Assembly: GCF_006345805.1 (NCBI RefSeq)
Contig: NC_043003.1
Coordinates: forward strand, 103,850,001-103,914,000
Direction of reading: 5' to 3'
DNA length: 64,000 nt
Origin: Octopus sinensis
Lineage: Eukaryota
This document shows positions 25,276-38,713 of the stretch, one piece after another. Within the stretch, counting starts at the first letter, position 1. Every line of letters starts with the position of its first letter. The translations under genes were made by a program, and so were the position numbers. The notes under the pieces are model-generated. The model saw only the letters and a program-made list of their open reading frames with translations. It did not search any database and was not told where the DNA came from.

Positions 25276-26157
25276 ATCTCATACCTAGATCATGTTCAAT
25301 TAGCATGGAAACTGAGGTAAGCCTCACTGAAGTAAGCCCCAGTTTCCAAGGCATATAAGCAACCAAGCGTACAGGATTCCCCAAAGGAACAAGACACCAG
25401 TCTACTACAATGTTTACTGACGTTGATAATATTTTCAGTTAAGTTGACAGCAAATACAGGAGACAAAGTGTATGTTCAAGGTCGCGGTGTGCCACCTGGT
25501 GCAGGAATTTAACCTACAACCTTATGATAATAAGCTCAACACTCTAATCACTCTAATCATTAGGCCACAAGCTTTGACAATTGAAATTTAGTATATTGAA
25601 TTCACTGGAAACTGAATAAATTCTGAATTCTGTTATGCTTATTACATCCAAATGAAATAAAAAGATTGAGTACTATAGAGATACAAGAATATTAGCCATC
25701 ATATGACAGGTAACTTAGAAAGCATACTTTTGCCATCAGGAAAATATAGCATACAAAGAAACAATTACAATTTAAATTCTATAAAATATTTCAGTGTGTA
25801 CACAGAATTAGGAAATGAATACTAATTTTCAATAAGACAAAATATTTATTAATTTAAAATCAAATAAAAAATTCAAAAAATTCAAAAAGTAAATCCCTCT
25901 CTCTCTCTTTCGGAGAGGCACTGAGCAGCTATACGCACACATACACACACGGCAGTAACTTCCACCTACCAAATTCAATCACAAAGCTTCGGTCGACTCG
26001 GGGCTATAGCAGAAGACACCTACCCAAAGTGCCACGCAGTGGGACTGAACCCGAAACCATGTAGTTAGGAAGCAAGCTCCCTAGCCACACAGCCATGAAA
26101 AAATGAAAACCATATTCTTTGCATTGATTTAATAGTATGTTAGTTTACATTCTCTTT

Positions 26158-26199
<42 letters not shown>

Positions 26200-26646
26200 T
26201 AACTCTCTCTGTATCTATTTTTTATTCTCTCTCCCCATCTCTATACAATGTAAAGCATAACCCAAAGGTATCACCATCCAACCAGCATTTATATCAGCTC
26301 TTTTTATTTTATGGTGGTAATTAAAATTTCTAAATATAATATGTTTTCCCAGTTCTTTCCTTCACCATTTTTTTGGAACTACAGCCCATTATCTTGTTTG
26401 AATTCCAAAATTTAATCTTAATTTAGATCATGGTAAGATTATAATTTCAGAAAATTGCCTTTCTGCCAAAATTTACAGAGTTTTGGCACTTAACATGTTG
26501 AAATGTTGAAAATCTACTGAATTTGCTAGGAATTGAACACTTGACAGAAACCTTACAAACATGAACTCTGTAAAGGAAAATTGGTTAAAACATAAGTTTG
26601 GAAATATAAGTTTGGCAAATTTACTTGCTAAACTTATCTTACTTCA

Positions 26647-27620
<974 letters not shown>

Positions 27621-28154
27621 ACATCTATACATATGTAGATGTTATATATTATATATTATCTACATTAACATATCTACATATCTATGTACAGACTCACATA
27701 TATACATACATGTATACATAGATGCGCACGCACACACATGCATGTTAATGTGTATACATATGTGTGACTGGATATGTGTGAGCATGCATACATTTATGTA
27801 TATACATTTATGTATATATATTCTGGCTTTTTTTCCTCTCCTTGTTACTTCACATTACTCTTCTGAACAGGTTTCAAATATTGGCGATGGAAAAACTTTG
27901 TACAAACTGATAAACCTAAATACATACATGTGTGTACATTTACACACACGTTCACACTTATACATGCACACATACATATATCTATGCACAAGTGCACATA
28001 TATTTTTTTACAATCTTTGGGTTTATTAGTTTGTACAAAGTTTTCAATCAATAATATTTAAAATCTGTTTAGGAAAGTCAGATACAAGTGCTGTAACAAG
28101 GAGAGAAAAAAAAGCATATCTGCTTCTGTGGATATGCAAACATAAACATGCGTT

Positions 28155-28174
28155 TTTGCGAATTTGCATGTGTA

Positions 28175-28226
<52 letters not shown>

Positions 28227-28309
28227 TTATGTGCATATGCACATATACATAATGAGAGGATAATACATATATACACACATAAACGTGTTTATGTGAATGT
28301 GTATGTGTA

Positions 28310-28341
<32 letters not shown>

Positions 28342-28396
28342 ATATGCACATATACACACTGAGAGGATAATACATATGTGTGTGTTTATGTGTATA

Positions 28397-28455
<59 letters not shown>

Positions 28456-28560
28456 TCGTGTGTGTGTGTGTGTGAGTGTGTGTGTGTATGTATGTATGTA
28501 TGTAATGTATGTATATATGTATATATGTATATATATATATATACACACACACACATGCAC
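28155..28560. repeat. (TG)n/(TA)n/(TATC)n microsatellite cluster
   Basis: Directly visible. Confidence 0.9.
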
Positions 28561-28964
28561 ATATACAAACACATGCATCTATATACAGCTGTATAACACA
28601 TTATATAAATAAACTGAACGAAAAGAAGGAGGAGGGGAAGTTGGTGATAGAAATGTAAGAAATGGAAGGGAAAGTGAGAGAGAGAGAGAGAGGAGAGAGG
28701 CAAAGGCAGAGGGAGTTGAGAGGAGGAGGAAGTCGGGAACTAAGTAGGTAAGACAGATGAACGGAGAAGGAGCGATAAGCTAATGGATTCATATATTGTA
28801 TGGATTCCACTGCCTCTCCTACCTTTTCCAACCCATCACTGCTTGCCAGAAAATAACTGATGGAGGATGCTACAGAATGGGGAGAACTTGCACTTCACTT
28901 TCACATCATCCTATCTTCACAGAAAGTTCTTCATTCATGTTATATTTGCAGCCATGTATTAGCT

Positions 28965-29916
28965 GAATGTTGCACCCTCACACACACACAAACACACACC
29001 CTCACATACACACAAACCCTCACATACACACAAACACACCCCCTCACATACACACAAACACACACACCCTCACACACACACAAACACACCCCCTCACATA
29101 CACACAAACACACACGCACACATACACACACCCTCACATACACACAAACACCCCCCCACATACACACAAACACACACAAACACACAAACACACACCCTCA
29201 CATACACACACGCACACATACACGCAAACACACCATACACACAAACACACACGCACCACATACACACAAACACACACACCCCCTCACACACACACACACA
29301 AACACACCGCACACATACACACACAAACACACACACACACACACATACACACAAACACACACACCCCCTCACATACACACACAAACACACACATACACAC
29401 ACACGCACACATACACGCAAACACACCATACACACAAACACACACCCCCTCACATACACACACAAACACACCCCTCACACACACACACAAACACACACAT
29501 ACACACAAACACACACCCTCACATACACACACGCACACATACACACAAACACACAAACACACACCATCACATACACACAAACACACACGCACACATACAC
29601 ACAAACACACACCCTCACATACACACAAACACACCCTCACACACACACAAACACACACGCACACATACACGCAAACACACACATACACACAAACACACAC
29701 ATACACACAAACACACAAACACACCCTCACACACACACAAACACACACCCACACACACACAAACACACACGCACACATACACACAAACACACACATACAC
29801 ACAAACACACACCCTCACATACACACAAACACACCCTCACACACACACAAACACACACGCACACATACACGCAAACACACACATACACACAAACACACAC
29901 CCTCACATACACACAA

Positions 29917-29972
<56 letters not shown>

Positions 29973-30365
29973 CACACAAACACACAAACACACCCCACAC
30001 ACACACAAACACACACCCTCACACACACACAAACACACACGCACACATACACACAAACACACACATACACACAAACACACACCCTCACATACACACAAAC
30101 ACACCCTCACACACACACAAACACACACGCACACATACACACAAACACACACATACACACAAACACACACCCTCACATACACACAAACACACACCCTCAC
30201 ACACACACAAACACACACGCACACATACACACAAACACACACACACACACACACACAAACACCCTCACACACACACACACAAACACACACGCACACATAC
30301 ACGCAAACACACACATACACACAAACACACACCCTCACATACACACAAACACACACGCACACATT
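28965..30365. repeat. 1.4-kb CA-rich complex minisatellite
   Basis: (CA)n backbone with recurring AAAC, CCCTCAC, GCAC and ATAC variants. Confidence 0.97.
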
Positions 30366-30651
30366 CATGAATACAGTGAACAGACATTCAGAATGTATAT
30401 ACACATGCACACAGTCATTCACATTTGGCAGTGAATGCATGTGCAAGCGCTCCTACATAAACGTGTCCATGGATCCAGTCAGACATATGTGTGTGCATAC
30501 ACACACTTTTTAAACAAGATTTTCTACACTATATGGGTTTGTGTGTGTGTGCATGTGCATGTGCGTGTGCGTGTATGTGCGTGTGCACTTGTGTGCGTGC
30601 ATGTGTGTGTATGCTTATGTATGTGTATTTGTGTGTGGGTGGGTGTAAATA

Positions 30652-30696
<45 letters not shown>

Positions 30697-30889
30697 TATC
30701 GTCATCTTCATTCAATGTCCATATTTTGTGTTGGAATCGGTTGGACGATTTTTTCAGGATCCAGTCAACCCAAGCACTGCATCAGTTTCCTGCGTCTGCT
30801 CTGGCATGGTTTCTATGGCTGATTACCCTTTCTCATGCCAAATACTTGACAGCATGCACTGGTTGCTTCTTTTTTTGTGCAATCAGCAC

Positions 30890-31285
30890 ATCATCATCAT
30901 CATTATCATCGTCGTTTAACATCCGCTTTCCATGCTAGCATGGGTCGGATGATTTTGACTGAGGGCTGGCGAACCAGATGGCTGCACCAGGCTCCAATCT
31001 TGATTTGGCAGTGTTTCTACAGCTAGATGCCCTTCCTAATGCCAACCACTCCGAGAGTGTAGTGGGTGCTTTTTACGTGCCACTGGCACGGGGGCCAGTC
31101 AGGCAGCACTGGCAACGACCTCGCTTGAATCTTTTTACACATGCCACTGGCACAGGTTCCAGTAAGGCGATGTTGGTAATGATCACACTCAAATGGTGCC
31201 CTTTTATGTGCCACCGGCACGGAAGCCAGTTGGCTGCTCTGGCAACGATCATGCTTGGATGGTGCTCTTGGCACCCTACTAGCAT
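30890..31285 (-). mobile_element. RTE 3'-UTR repeat
   Basis: (CAT)n followed by reverse-complement core. Confidence 0.88.
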
Positions 31286-31576
31286 AGGCATATAAAATGG
31301 GCTATATATATATAAAACAATATATATAAAACAATGCTTCAATAATATATCCATCTAACCCATGCTACCATGGAAAAACTGATGTAAAATAAAACAAATA
31401 TGTGTGTGTGTGTGTGTTGAAGGGAAACAGCTAAATGATTAAATTGCTAGATTCACAATTGTAAGGAAGGTTGTAAGTTCAATTCACAAAACAGTGGCAT
31501 CTTGTGTTCTAGCGCAAGAAACTTTGTTTCCCCTCACTCTTGTCTACCCAGCTGAAAAATGACTTACCACTGCTGC

Positions 31577-31956
31577 TTGTTTGTTTGTTTGTTGAGTGAA
31601 GCGGTCTTTGTCCCTTAGGAGAAGTGTGAAATGTTGGTCCTTTGCTATTCGTAAGACCCGCAGAAGAGAAAGCAGGTCAACAACCCCCGACACCGAGAGC
31701 ATCGACGGATGGATGAATGTGCATCCAGGCTCAGCGGTTGTGTAGGAAGTCGGGGACAAGAAACAGGAAGAAAGAGTGAGAGAAAGTTGGAGAGAAAGAG
31801 TACAACAGGGGTCGCCACCACCCCCTGCCGGAGCCTCGTAGAGCTTTAGGTGCTTTCGCTCAATAAACACATACAACATCCGGTCTGGGAATCGAAACCG
31901 CGATCCTCCGACCACGAGTCCGCTGCCCTAACCATTGGGCCATTGTGCCTCCACTG
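31577..31956 (-). mobile_element. tRNA-derived SINE (head type A, tail Y) with TSD
   Basis: Head ggaggcacaatggcccaatggttagggcagcggactcgtggtcggaggatcgcggtttcgattcccagacc. (CAAA)n tail. 10-bp TSD ccactgctgc at 31567-31576 and 31957-31966. Confidence 0.9.
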
Positions 31957-32704
31957 CCACTGCTGCAAAATATTATCTCTGAATCTTACGAATGCAAAAC
32001 TTCAATGGCTTATAATGGAGATGGCAAAATGAGGGAATGAAGTAGTGAATAATGGATGATGGATAGCTGTGTGGTAAGAAGTTTTCTTCCCAGCCACATG
32101 GTTCCAGGTTCAGTCCCAAAGCATGGCACCTTGGACTTTTACCAAAGCCCAGGACTGACCAAAGCCATGTGAGTGGCATAAAAATTAACTTGAACACACA
32201 CACACACACATCACCACCATCACCATCACCATCATCACTTAATGTTCATATTCCATGGTGAAATTTGGTGAACATATATGAACGTATGTGAGTGTACGTA
32301 TGTGTGTAGTATGGCCAAATGTTTAAGAAGTTCTTGTAAGCATGTGGTACCAGGTTTGATGCTCAGTCTATTCAAACAACCTTGACAAACTGCCTCTGAA
32401 ACTTGCTGATGGTCATTGAAATTAGACAGTGTTACTGGAAACTGAAGGTATTTGAACTGAAATAGCATAGCTAATGAGGTGCAGAGTATGTATAGAATAA
32501 AAACAACCAGTCGTAACGATGGCTTTGATAATATGGAGCATTAAAGTTTTAAAAGCTAGTCTTGCACTGTTACAGAGTTTTGGTGCATCTGGATTTCTAA
32601 GCAACATAGTAGATGGTTCCTACCTTCACTTGCAGATTATAAGGAGGGACACCAGATAAAAAAAAAAAGAAAAGTTACTTTCTCAAGTTATGTCAACTTG
32701 TAAG

Positions 32705-32905
32705 GGCCAGTTTCCCGGTTTCATGATGTATATATTCCCCACCAGGACAGAACACTGGTCCATCGCAGGATTACTCATTTTTGCCAGCTGAGTGGACTTG
32801 AGCAACGTGAAATGAAGTGTTTTGCTCAAGAACATCACAATGCATCACCCAGTCCAGAAATCGAAACCACAATCTTATGATCATGAGTCCAACATCCTAA
32901 CCAGC
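32705..32905 (-). mobile_element. tRNA-derived SINE (head type B-like, V-SINE-like tail)
   Basis: 'cttgagcaaaacacttcatttcacgttgctcaagtccactcagctggcaaaaatgag' core followed by 'cctgcgatggaccagtgttctgtcc'. Confidence 0.65.
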
Positions 32906-32929
32906 GGTGTGGAGTCTGCCAGCGGACTC

Positions 32930-33500
32930 CACACCTTATCACCTTCCAAGTGGCGCCTGAGATATCTCAGCCTCAACGCATGTCTGTGCATCATTAATCA
33001 AGGCATTCCTAACCCACCCTTTAATGATTCCTAGCAGCAAACGGAGTGCCTCACAAGTGGCTTTCTTCCCTTCCACAAAAAGTGGAAAAGGAGTCGTTCC
33101 AACTTGTTTAGCCACGAATCGGGGCAAGGGACAATGGTCAGGCAGTAGGTAATGACAGATGCAATAAATACCTGTACCACCTCTGCCCTTCCTTTCAAGG
33201 ACAGAGCCCTTCTGGACCAAGTCCAGACTAGTGCCTCCACCTCGTCTGCCTCCTCGCTCCAATTCTTCTCCGTCTCAGAGTCCAGTCCAAACCAAACTCC
33301 AAGCAACTTAAAAGTCCCATCTGTCCAGTGACCCATAACATGGACAATATCGACTTGCTCCTCCAGGTGCTGAGGCATAAGCTGATGGACTTGTCCTTGT
33401 TAACTCTTGCCCCTGCCACCACCTCGTATCCTCTGAGAGCATCTTCTGCACAAGGTAGCTGTGCTTCGTTGGACACAGTGAAGGTGATGTCATCCACATA
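32930..33500 (-). pseudogene. L1/Tx1-clade LINE ORF2 fragment (RT C-terminal region)
   Basis: DDITFTVS...GARVNKDKS...FKLLGVWFG...W..RALSLKGRAEVVQVFIASVITYCLT...LERLLFHFLWKG. Confidence 0.85.
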
Positions 33501-33539
33501 ATTAGAAACAGACTTGTTTTTCCTTTTGTTTTTTCCTTA

Positions 33540-35400
33540 AAAGTTCAAATAAACTTTTTCCTCAGTTCCAGTCTTTACAAGATTCTTTCGACTGACCTCT
33601 TCTCTCTCTCTTACAATGTCTTTCACTTTTACAATCTTTTACATTGTGATATTCTATCTCCCTATAATTTTCGTTTGTGTTTTTCATGTTGTCTCTTTTT
33701 GTTTCTATTTTCCTGTTGTTTTGTGTGTTCTTGTATTTTTGTCTCTAAGTCTGTGCATTCATGTATTTGTGTGTCTGTGTGTTCCTTTGACCGTAACTCT
33801 ATGTGTTTCATCTGTGTGTCTATGTTTTTAGGTTTCCATACTTCTGAGTTGTCTTTTTTCTGGTCTGCATGACTCTGTCTTTTTAATTCCTTTGCTGATA
33901 CTTCCTCTGGTAAATTTTCTCCATTTCTTGTCATGGGTTGACTTTCTTCTTCCATTCCTTTATATTTCTTCACTTCCACTGTCATCGGTGACTTTCTTCT
34001 CTCTCTTTTCCAGTCAAATTGCCATCATATTCTGTTCTCTGCTTCTGCTTTTTATTCACTACTGTATCTTCCTCTACACTCTCTTCCACCATTTCTACTG
34101 CTGCTCTAGGGCATTTCCTTCTCAAGTACCCTCTTTCACCACATCCGTAACATTTTGGGGTATCCCCTCCAACATTACTTCCAGTTTTTCGCCGTCAGGT
34201 AATTCCACAGTTTCTGCCATTTCATCGTAATATTCTGGGCTTCCTGCACAAATCACTTCAGCACCATTTCCCCAGCAATTCAATTGTTGACTTCTGCTTA
34301 CCAAGCAAATCTCCAGGTTTTTACTTCCTTTTACCATCTCTGAATAGAAAATTGTGACTATTACCCATTCTGGGTCTATCGACAGTGGGATTCTTCCCAC
34401 CCTGACCCTGACGATTCTTTTGCCTAAACAGTTCGGCATTAACGTCCATTTCTCTCCCATTATCAGCCTCTTGTCGAATATTTTCACCTCTTCTTCTGAA
34501 ACAAAGGTAACAATTATCGTCGCATATTTCCTTCCTCTTGTGAAGAAAGTTATTCCTTCACTTCTCTTTTACTATCTTTTACTTGTTTCAGTAATTTGAC
34601 TGCGGCCATGCTGGAGCACCGCCTTTAGTCGAGCAAATCGACCCCAGGACTTATTCTTTGTAAGCCCAGTACTTATTCTATCGGTCTCTTTTGCTGAACC
34701 GCTAAGTGACGGGAACGTAAACACACCAGCATCGGTTGTCAAGCAATGCTAGGGGAACAAACACAGACACACAAACATATACACACACATACATATATAC
34801 GACAGGCTTCTTTCAGATTCCGTCTACCAAATCCACTCACAAGGCATTGGTCGGCCCGGGGCTATAGCAGAAGACACTTGCCCAAGATGCCACGCAGTGG
34901 GACTGAACCCGGAACCATGTGGTTGGTTAGCAAGCTACTTACCACACAGCCACTTTGCTTCTGCAATATTTCTTTTATCCCTTCCTGCAGCACATGTTCT
35001 ATTCTCCTATTTTCGTTTGAAAATGTTCTGAATATTACCTTCCTGCTCATCAATTTTCTTTTTTCCTCCACAGGCAGGGTCAATTTTATGTTTGCCCCTT
35101 CTTTTTTTATCATACCATAATATTTTTACTATCTTGTCTTTATTCCACTCCATGCTCATTGGCTTCAGCACATGTGGGTCTATAGCATCTCGACCTCTAG
35201 TAGCTTCCGCGTAACTCTTCATTTTTTCAATTGTTTTACTACCACCCAACAATGGCAGCTTTGCAAAAATAAAAATTCGGCCAGACTCCTCCCAAAAAAC
35301 AACAAAAAAGTGACTTGGTAGCTGTTGATGCCTATCCGCCTTCGAAAACATATATTTCAAATGAAATACCTTCACTGATTTTTGAAAATAGATATAATAC
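33540..35400 (-). pseudogene. Probable LINE ORF1 relic, split by a SINE
   Basis: MKSYAEATRG... and GITFFTRGRKYATIIVTFVSEEEVKIFDKRLIMGEKW...IVRVRVGRIPL (RRM-like), plus a K/E-rich tail. Lies upstream of and co-oriented with the ORF2 fragment. Confidence 0.5.
34564..34953 (-). mobile_element. Near-complete tRNA-derived SINE (type C). Partial copies at about 6230, 7870, 8690, 10630, 14330, 25950, 32060, 36650, 38480, 42870, 43210, 44640, 49550, 51470.
   Basis: Head tggctgtgtggtaag...ggttccgggttcagtccc (A/B-box-like), body gtggcatcttgggcaagtgtcttc...gtagacggaa, short-repeat tail. Confidence 0.9.
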
Positions 35401-36869
35401 ATTTCAAAATCTCTCAGAGAGATTTATGCAGTAGCAGCATGATAAAGTGATAGTATATTGTCAACTTAATGTGACAATCCCATGAAAGGGAAGAATGCTA
35501 CTGTTATTTAACCCTAGGAAACACCGTTTCCTGTTGGACTTGACACATTTCCTGTGTCCTTATGCTGCCACTGCATAAATCTCTTTGAGAGATTTAGAAA
35601 TGTATTATTTCTGTTTCCCCAATTGTGTTAAATATGTTTTTATCATCATCATCATCATCATCATCATTTAATGTCTATTTTTGTTGGCATGGGTTGGACG
35701 GTTCCACAGCAATTAGTAAGTCAGTAGACTGCAACGAGCTCTGCTGTTTGTTTTGGCATGGTTTCTTTGGCTGAATGCCCTTACCAACCACTCTACAGAA
35801 TGTACCGGGTGCTTTCTATGTGGGTCCAGCAACAGTGAGGGTACCAAGTATCTTCCAAAACATGACCCCTCAAATGAGGTGGCGGGGAGAGTAGTATTGA
35901 GGAACAAAAAAGGAGACTTGCATTAGAGAGGAAACATGATTACCTCAAGTGGGGTGAGAGTGGAGGAGAAGAGAGTGAGAAAAGGGAGTGAGAGGGAGAA
36001 GATGGTGAAGATGTGAGAGTGGGCAGACCGGAGATCGGAGAAGGTGAGTGGGTACTTTCCTGAGACAACAAAAGAACAGAGGTCACTGGAGATGGATGTA
36101 GTGAGAATACACAAGTAGAGAGAAAAGGTATTAGGAGGATATGCTCTGGGGAAGAAATTCAGTGGGGACATATTGTGTGTAGGAAGGTACATGTCGTAGA
36201 GTGGGAGGAAATTAGGTGAGTGGTGAGCATAAAAAGGGGAAGGGGTTTAGGGAAGATGGGTTGTGGGGGAAGTGGGGACAGTGGGGACAAGTCTTTATGG
36301 TCTCACTTTTACTTAGCTGGCAAGTCTGAAGCACAGTAAATCACCAAATGTCTTAATCATTTCGTCTGTGAAGCTTAATATTTGAAGATCTGTGGTTTAA
36401 AGGTACAGAATAAAGTTGCTCATACCTCAAGTTGCAATTGGGACAACAGCTAAATCATTCAGTTTTAATCATATGTTGACTCTGCCGATCCCTCGCCATC
36501 TAGGACCACTATGCATGGCTGCTATTAGAACACGACTTGCCTTGACTGCAGACGTTGTAAGAAAGAGGCCAACTTGACCTGTTGCTCACTGACATGATGT
36601 CACCTGCTTCCCTTCCAGTCCTTTCACAACATCTCTCTTCTTCCCTGCCAGTTTCCATCAACCAAATGCAATCACAAACTTTGGTCAGCCTAAGGTTAAA
36701 GTAGAAGATACTAGCCCGAGGTGTCACGCAGTGGGTCGGAACCTGAAACAATGCGGTTGGGAAGTAAACTTCTTAGCGCCTACAGTAACTGAATTAGCCT
36801 TCCACCACAAGATCCTTTGTTCCACATCTTCCTGAGTTTTCTTCTTTCACAGGTTCCCTCCATATTTAG

Positions 36870-37560
36870 AGATTGGCACTTCTATATGCAGCTGTCCTCC
36901 TCCTTATGCATCACATGGCCATGCCAACACAGTCTTCTCTCTTGCACACTGTAACTGATGTCTTTTACATCCAATTTTATCCTCACTACATTTTAATCTT
37001 TGCTATACCTGCACACTGAAGTTGCACATCCAACAGGATTTATTTCTTCAAGGGCTTCATTTCTTTCGAGTCTTTGCATATCCTCTGCAGTTACAGCCCA
37101 TGTTTCACTGCCATGGATGGAAGCACTCCGTCGGTTACGACGACGAGGGTTCCGGTTGATCCGATCAACGGAACAGCCTGCTCGTGAAATTAACGTGTAA
37201 GTGGCTGAGCACTCCACAGACACGTGTACCCTTAACGTAGTTCTCGGGGATATTCAGCGTGACACAGAGAGTGACAAGGCCGGCCCTTTGAAATACAGGC
37301 ACAACAGAAACAGGAAGTAAGAGTGAGAGAAAGTTGTGGCAAAAGAGTACAGCAGGGATCACCACCATCCCTGCCGGAGCCTCGTGGAGCTTTAGGTATT
37401 TTCGCTCAATAAACACTCACAACGCCCGGTCTGGGAATCGAAACCGCGATCCTACGACCGTGAGTCTGCTGCCCTAACCACCGGGCCATTGCGCCTCCAC
37501 TTCACTGCCATGTAGCATAGCTGTCCACATAAAGCCTCTTACAACCTGCCTTTCATTCTG
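36870..37560 (-). pseudogene. RTE ORF fragment (LHGSETWAVTAEDMQRLERNEA) interrupted by a SINE
   Basis: Matches the 54690-54790 region of the + strand RTE. Confidence 0.75.
37116..37500 (-). mobile_element. tRNA-derived SINE (head type A, tail X) with TSD
   Basis: 12-bp TSD ttcactgccatg at 37104-37115 and 37501-37512. Head A joined to a tail shared with 37830-38100. Confidence 0.92.
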
Positions 37561-37829
37561 AAAGAGAGGCATTTGTTATCAACAAAGGTAAAAGCTCTCT
37601 GAACTTTGTCCAGCTGGTTCTTATTCTAGCTACTACACTTTCAGACCAACTGCTTCCACTGCTAATTTGAAGGGCTAGGGGTAATTTTTTTATAGGAATA
37701 TACTGCTTCGTTAAAAATTATAGCTTAATGAGTTTAGAAAGCTAGCATATGGCAGGTATGAAGTATAAACCACCACCACTGCCGCCACAATTTCCACCAC
37801 TGCTGCCACCGCTACCACCACCACCATCA

Positions 37830-38100
37830 CCACCTGTTTGTGAAATTAACGTGCAAGTGGCTAAGCAATCCACAAACACACCTGCCCTTAATATAGATCT
37901 CAGGGAGGTTCAGCATGATACAGAATATGACGAGGCTGGCCCTTTGAATTAAAGGTACAACTCATTTTTGTCAGCTGAGTGGACTGGAGCAAAGTGAAAT
38001 AAAGTGTCTTGCCTAAGAACACAATGTGCTGCCAGGTATTGAACTCACAACCTTATGATCTTGAGCTGAATACCCTAACTACTTAGCCACTTGCTTTCAC
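37830..38100 (-). mobile_element. tRNA-derived SINE (head type B, tail X)
   Basis: Head gtggctaagtagttagggtattcagctc...gagttcaatacc, 'ggcaagacactttatttcac...agtccactcagctg' core, then tail X. Confidence 0.82.
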
Positions 38101-38619
38101 CTCTCACACACACACACACATGCAGTCACGTGGCTTTTCTCGGATAGAAACCTGTTCTGCTCTGGTCCTATTCTTACATACTTTACTTTTTTCTACTCAT
38201 TCTCTGAGCATAAAGTTTCCCCTACCATTTGAGGTTCATAGTCTTGCAGACTGCGTCGCAACCTCATCAGTACTGGTGGCATGTAAAAAGCACTCAGTAT
38301 ATGCTGTAAAGTGATTTTAGGAAGAGTATCCAGCTATAAAAAACCATGCTAAGCAGACACAGGAGCGTAATGTAGTCTTTGGGTCCATTGGATTGTGTCA
38401 AACCGTCCAACCCCTGCCAGCATGAAACATGGACGTTAAATGAAAATGACTACGAAGATGATATATGTCCTGCTACTTTTCAGTTTCCATCAACCAAATG
38501 CAATCACAAACTTTGGTCAGCCTAGGGTTAAAGTAGAAGATACTAGCCCGAGGTGTCACGCAGTGGGTCTGAACCTGAAACAATGCGGTTGGGAAGTAAA
38601 CTTCTTAGCGCCTACAGTA

Positions 38620-38650
38620 ATCGACTGCCGTGTCTTTCGTAAAAGATATA

Positions 38651-38713
<63 letters not shown>

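Noticed and set aside
28860-30446. Long ORFs of 524, 467 and 239 aa (H/T/K-rich or V/C-rich)
   Set aside because: Translations of a CA-rich satellite that lacks stop codons; no domain content.
31880-31956. tRNA-like sequences (also about 11760-11834, 37425-37500, 24400-24479)
   Set aside because: SINE heads with A/B boxes, followed by SINE bodies and TSDs; no intact cloverleaf is evident.
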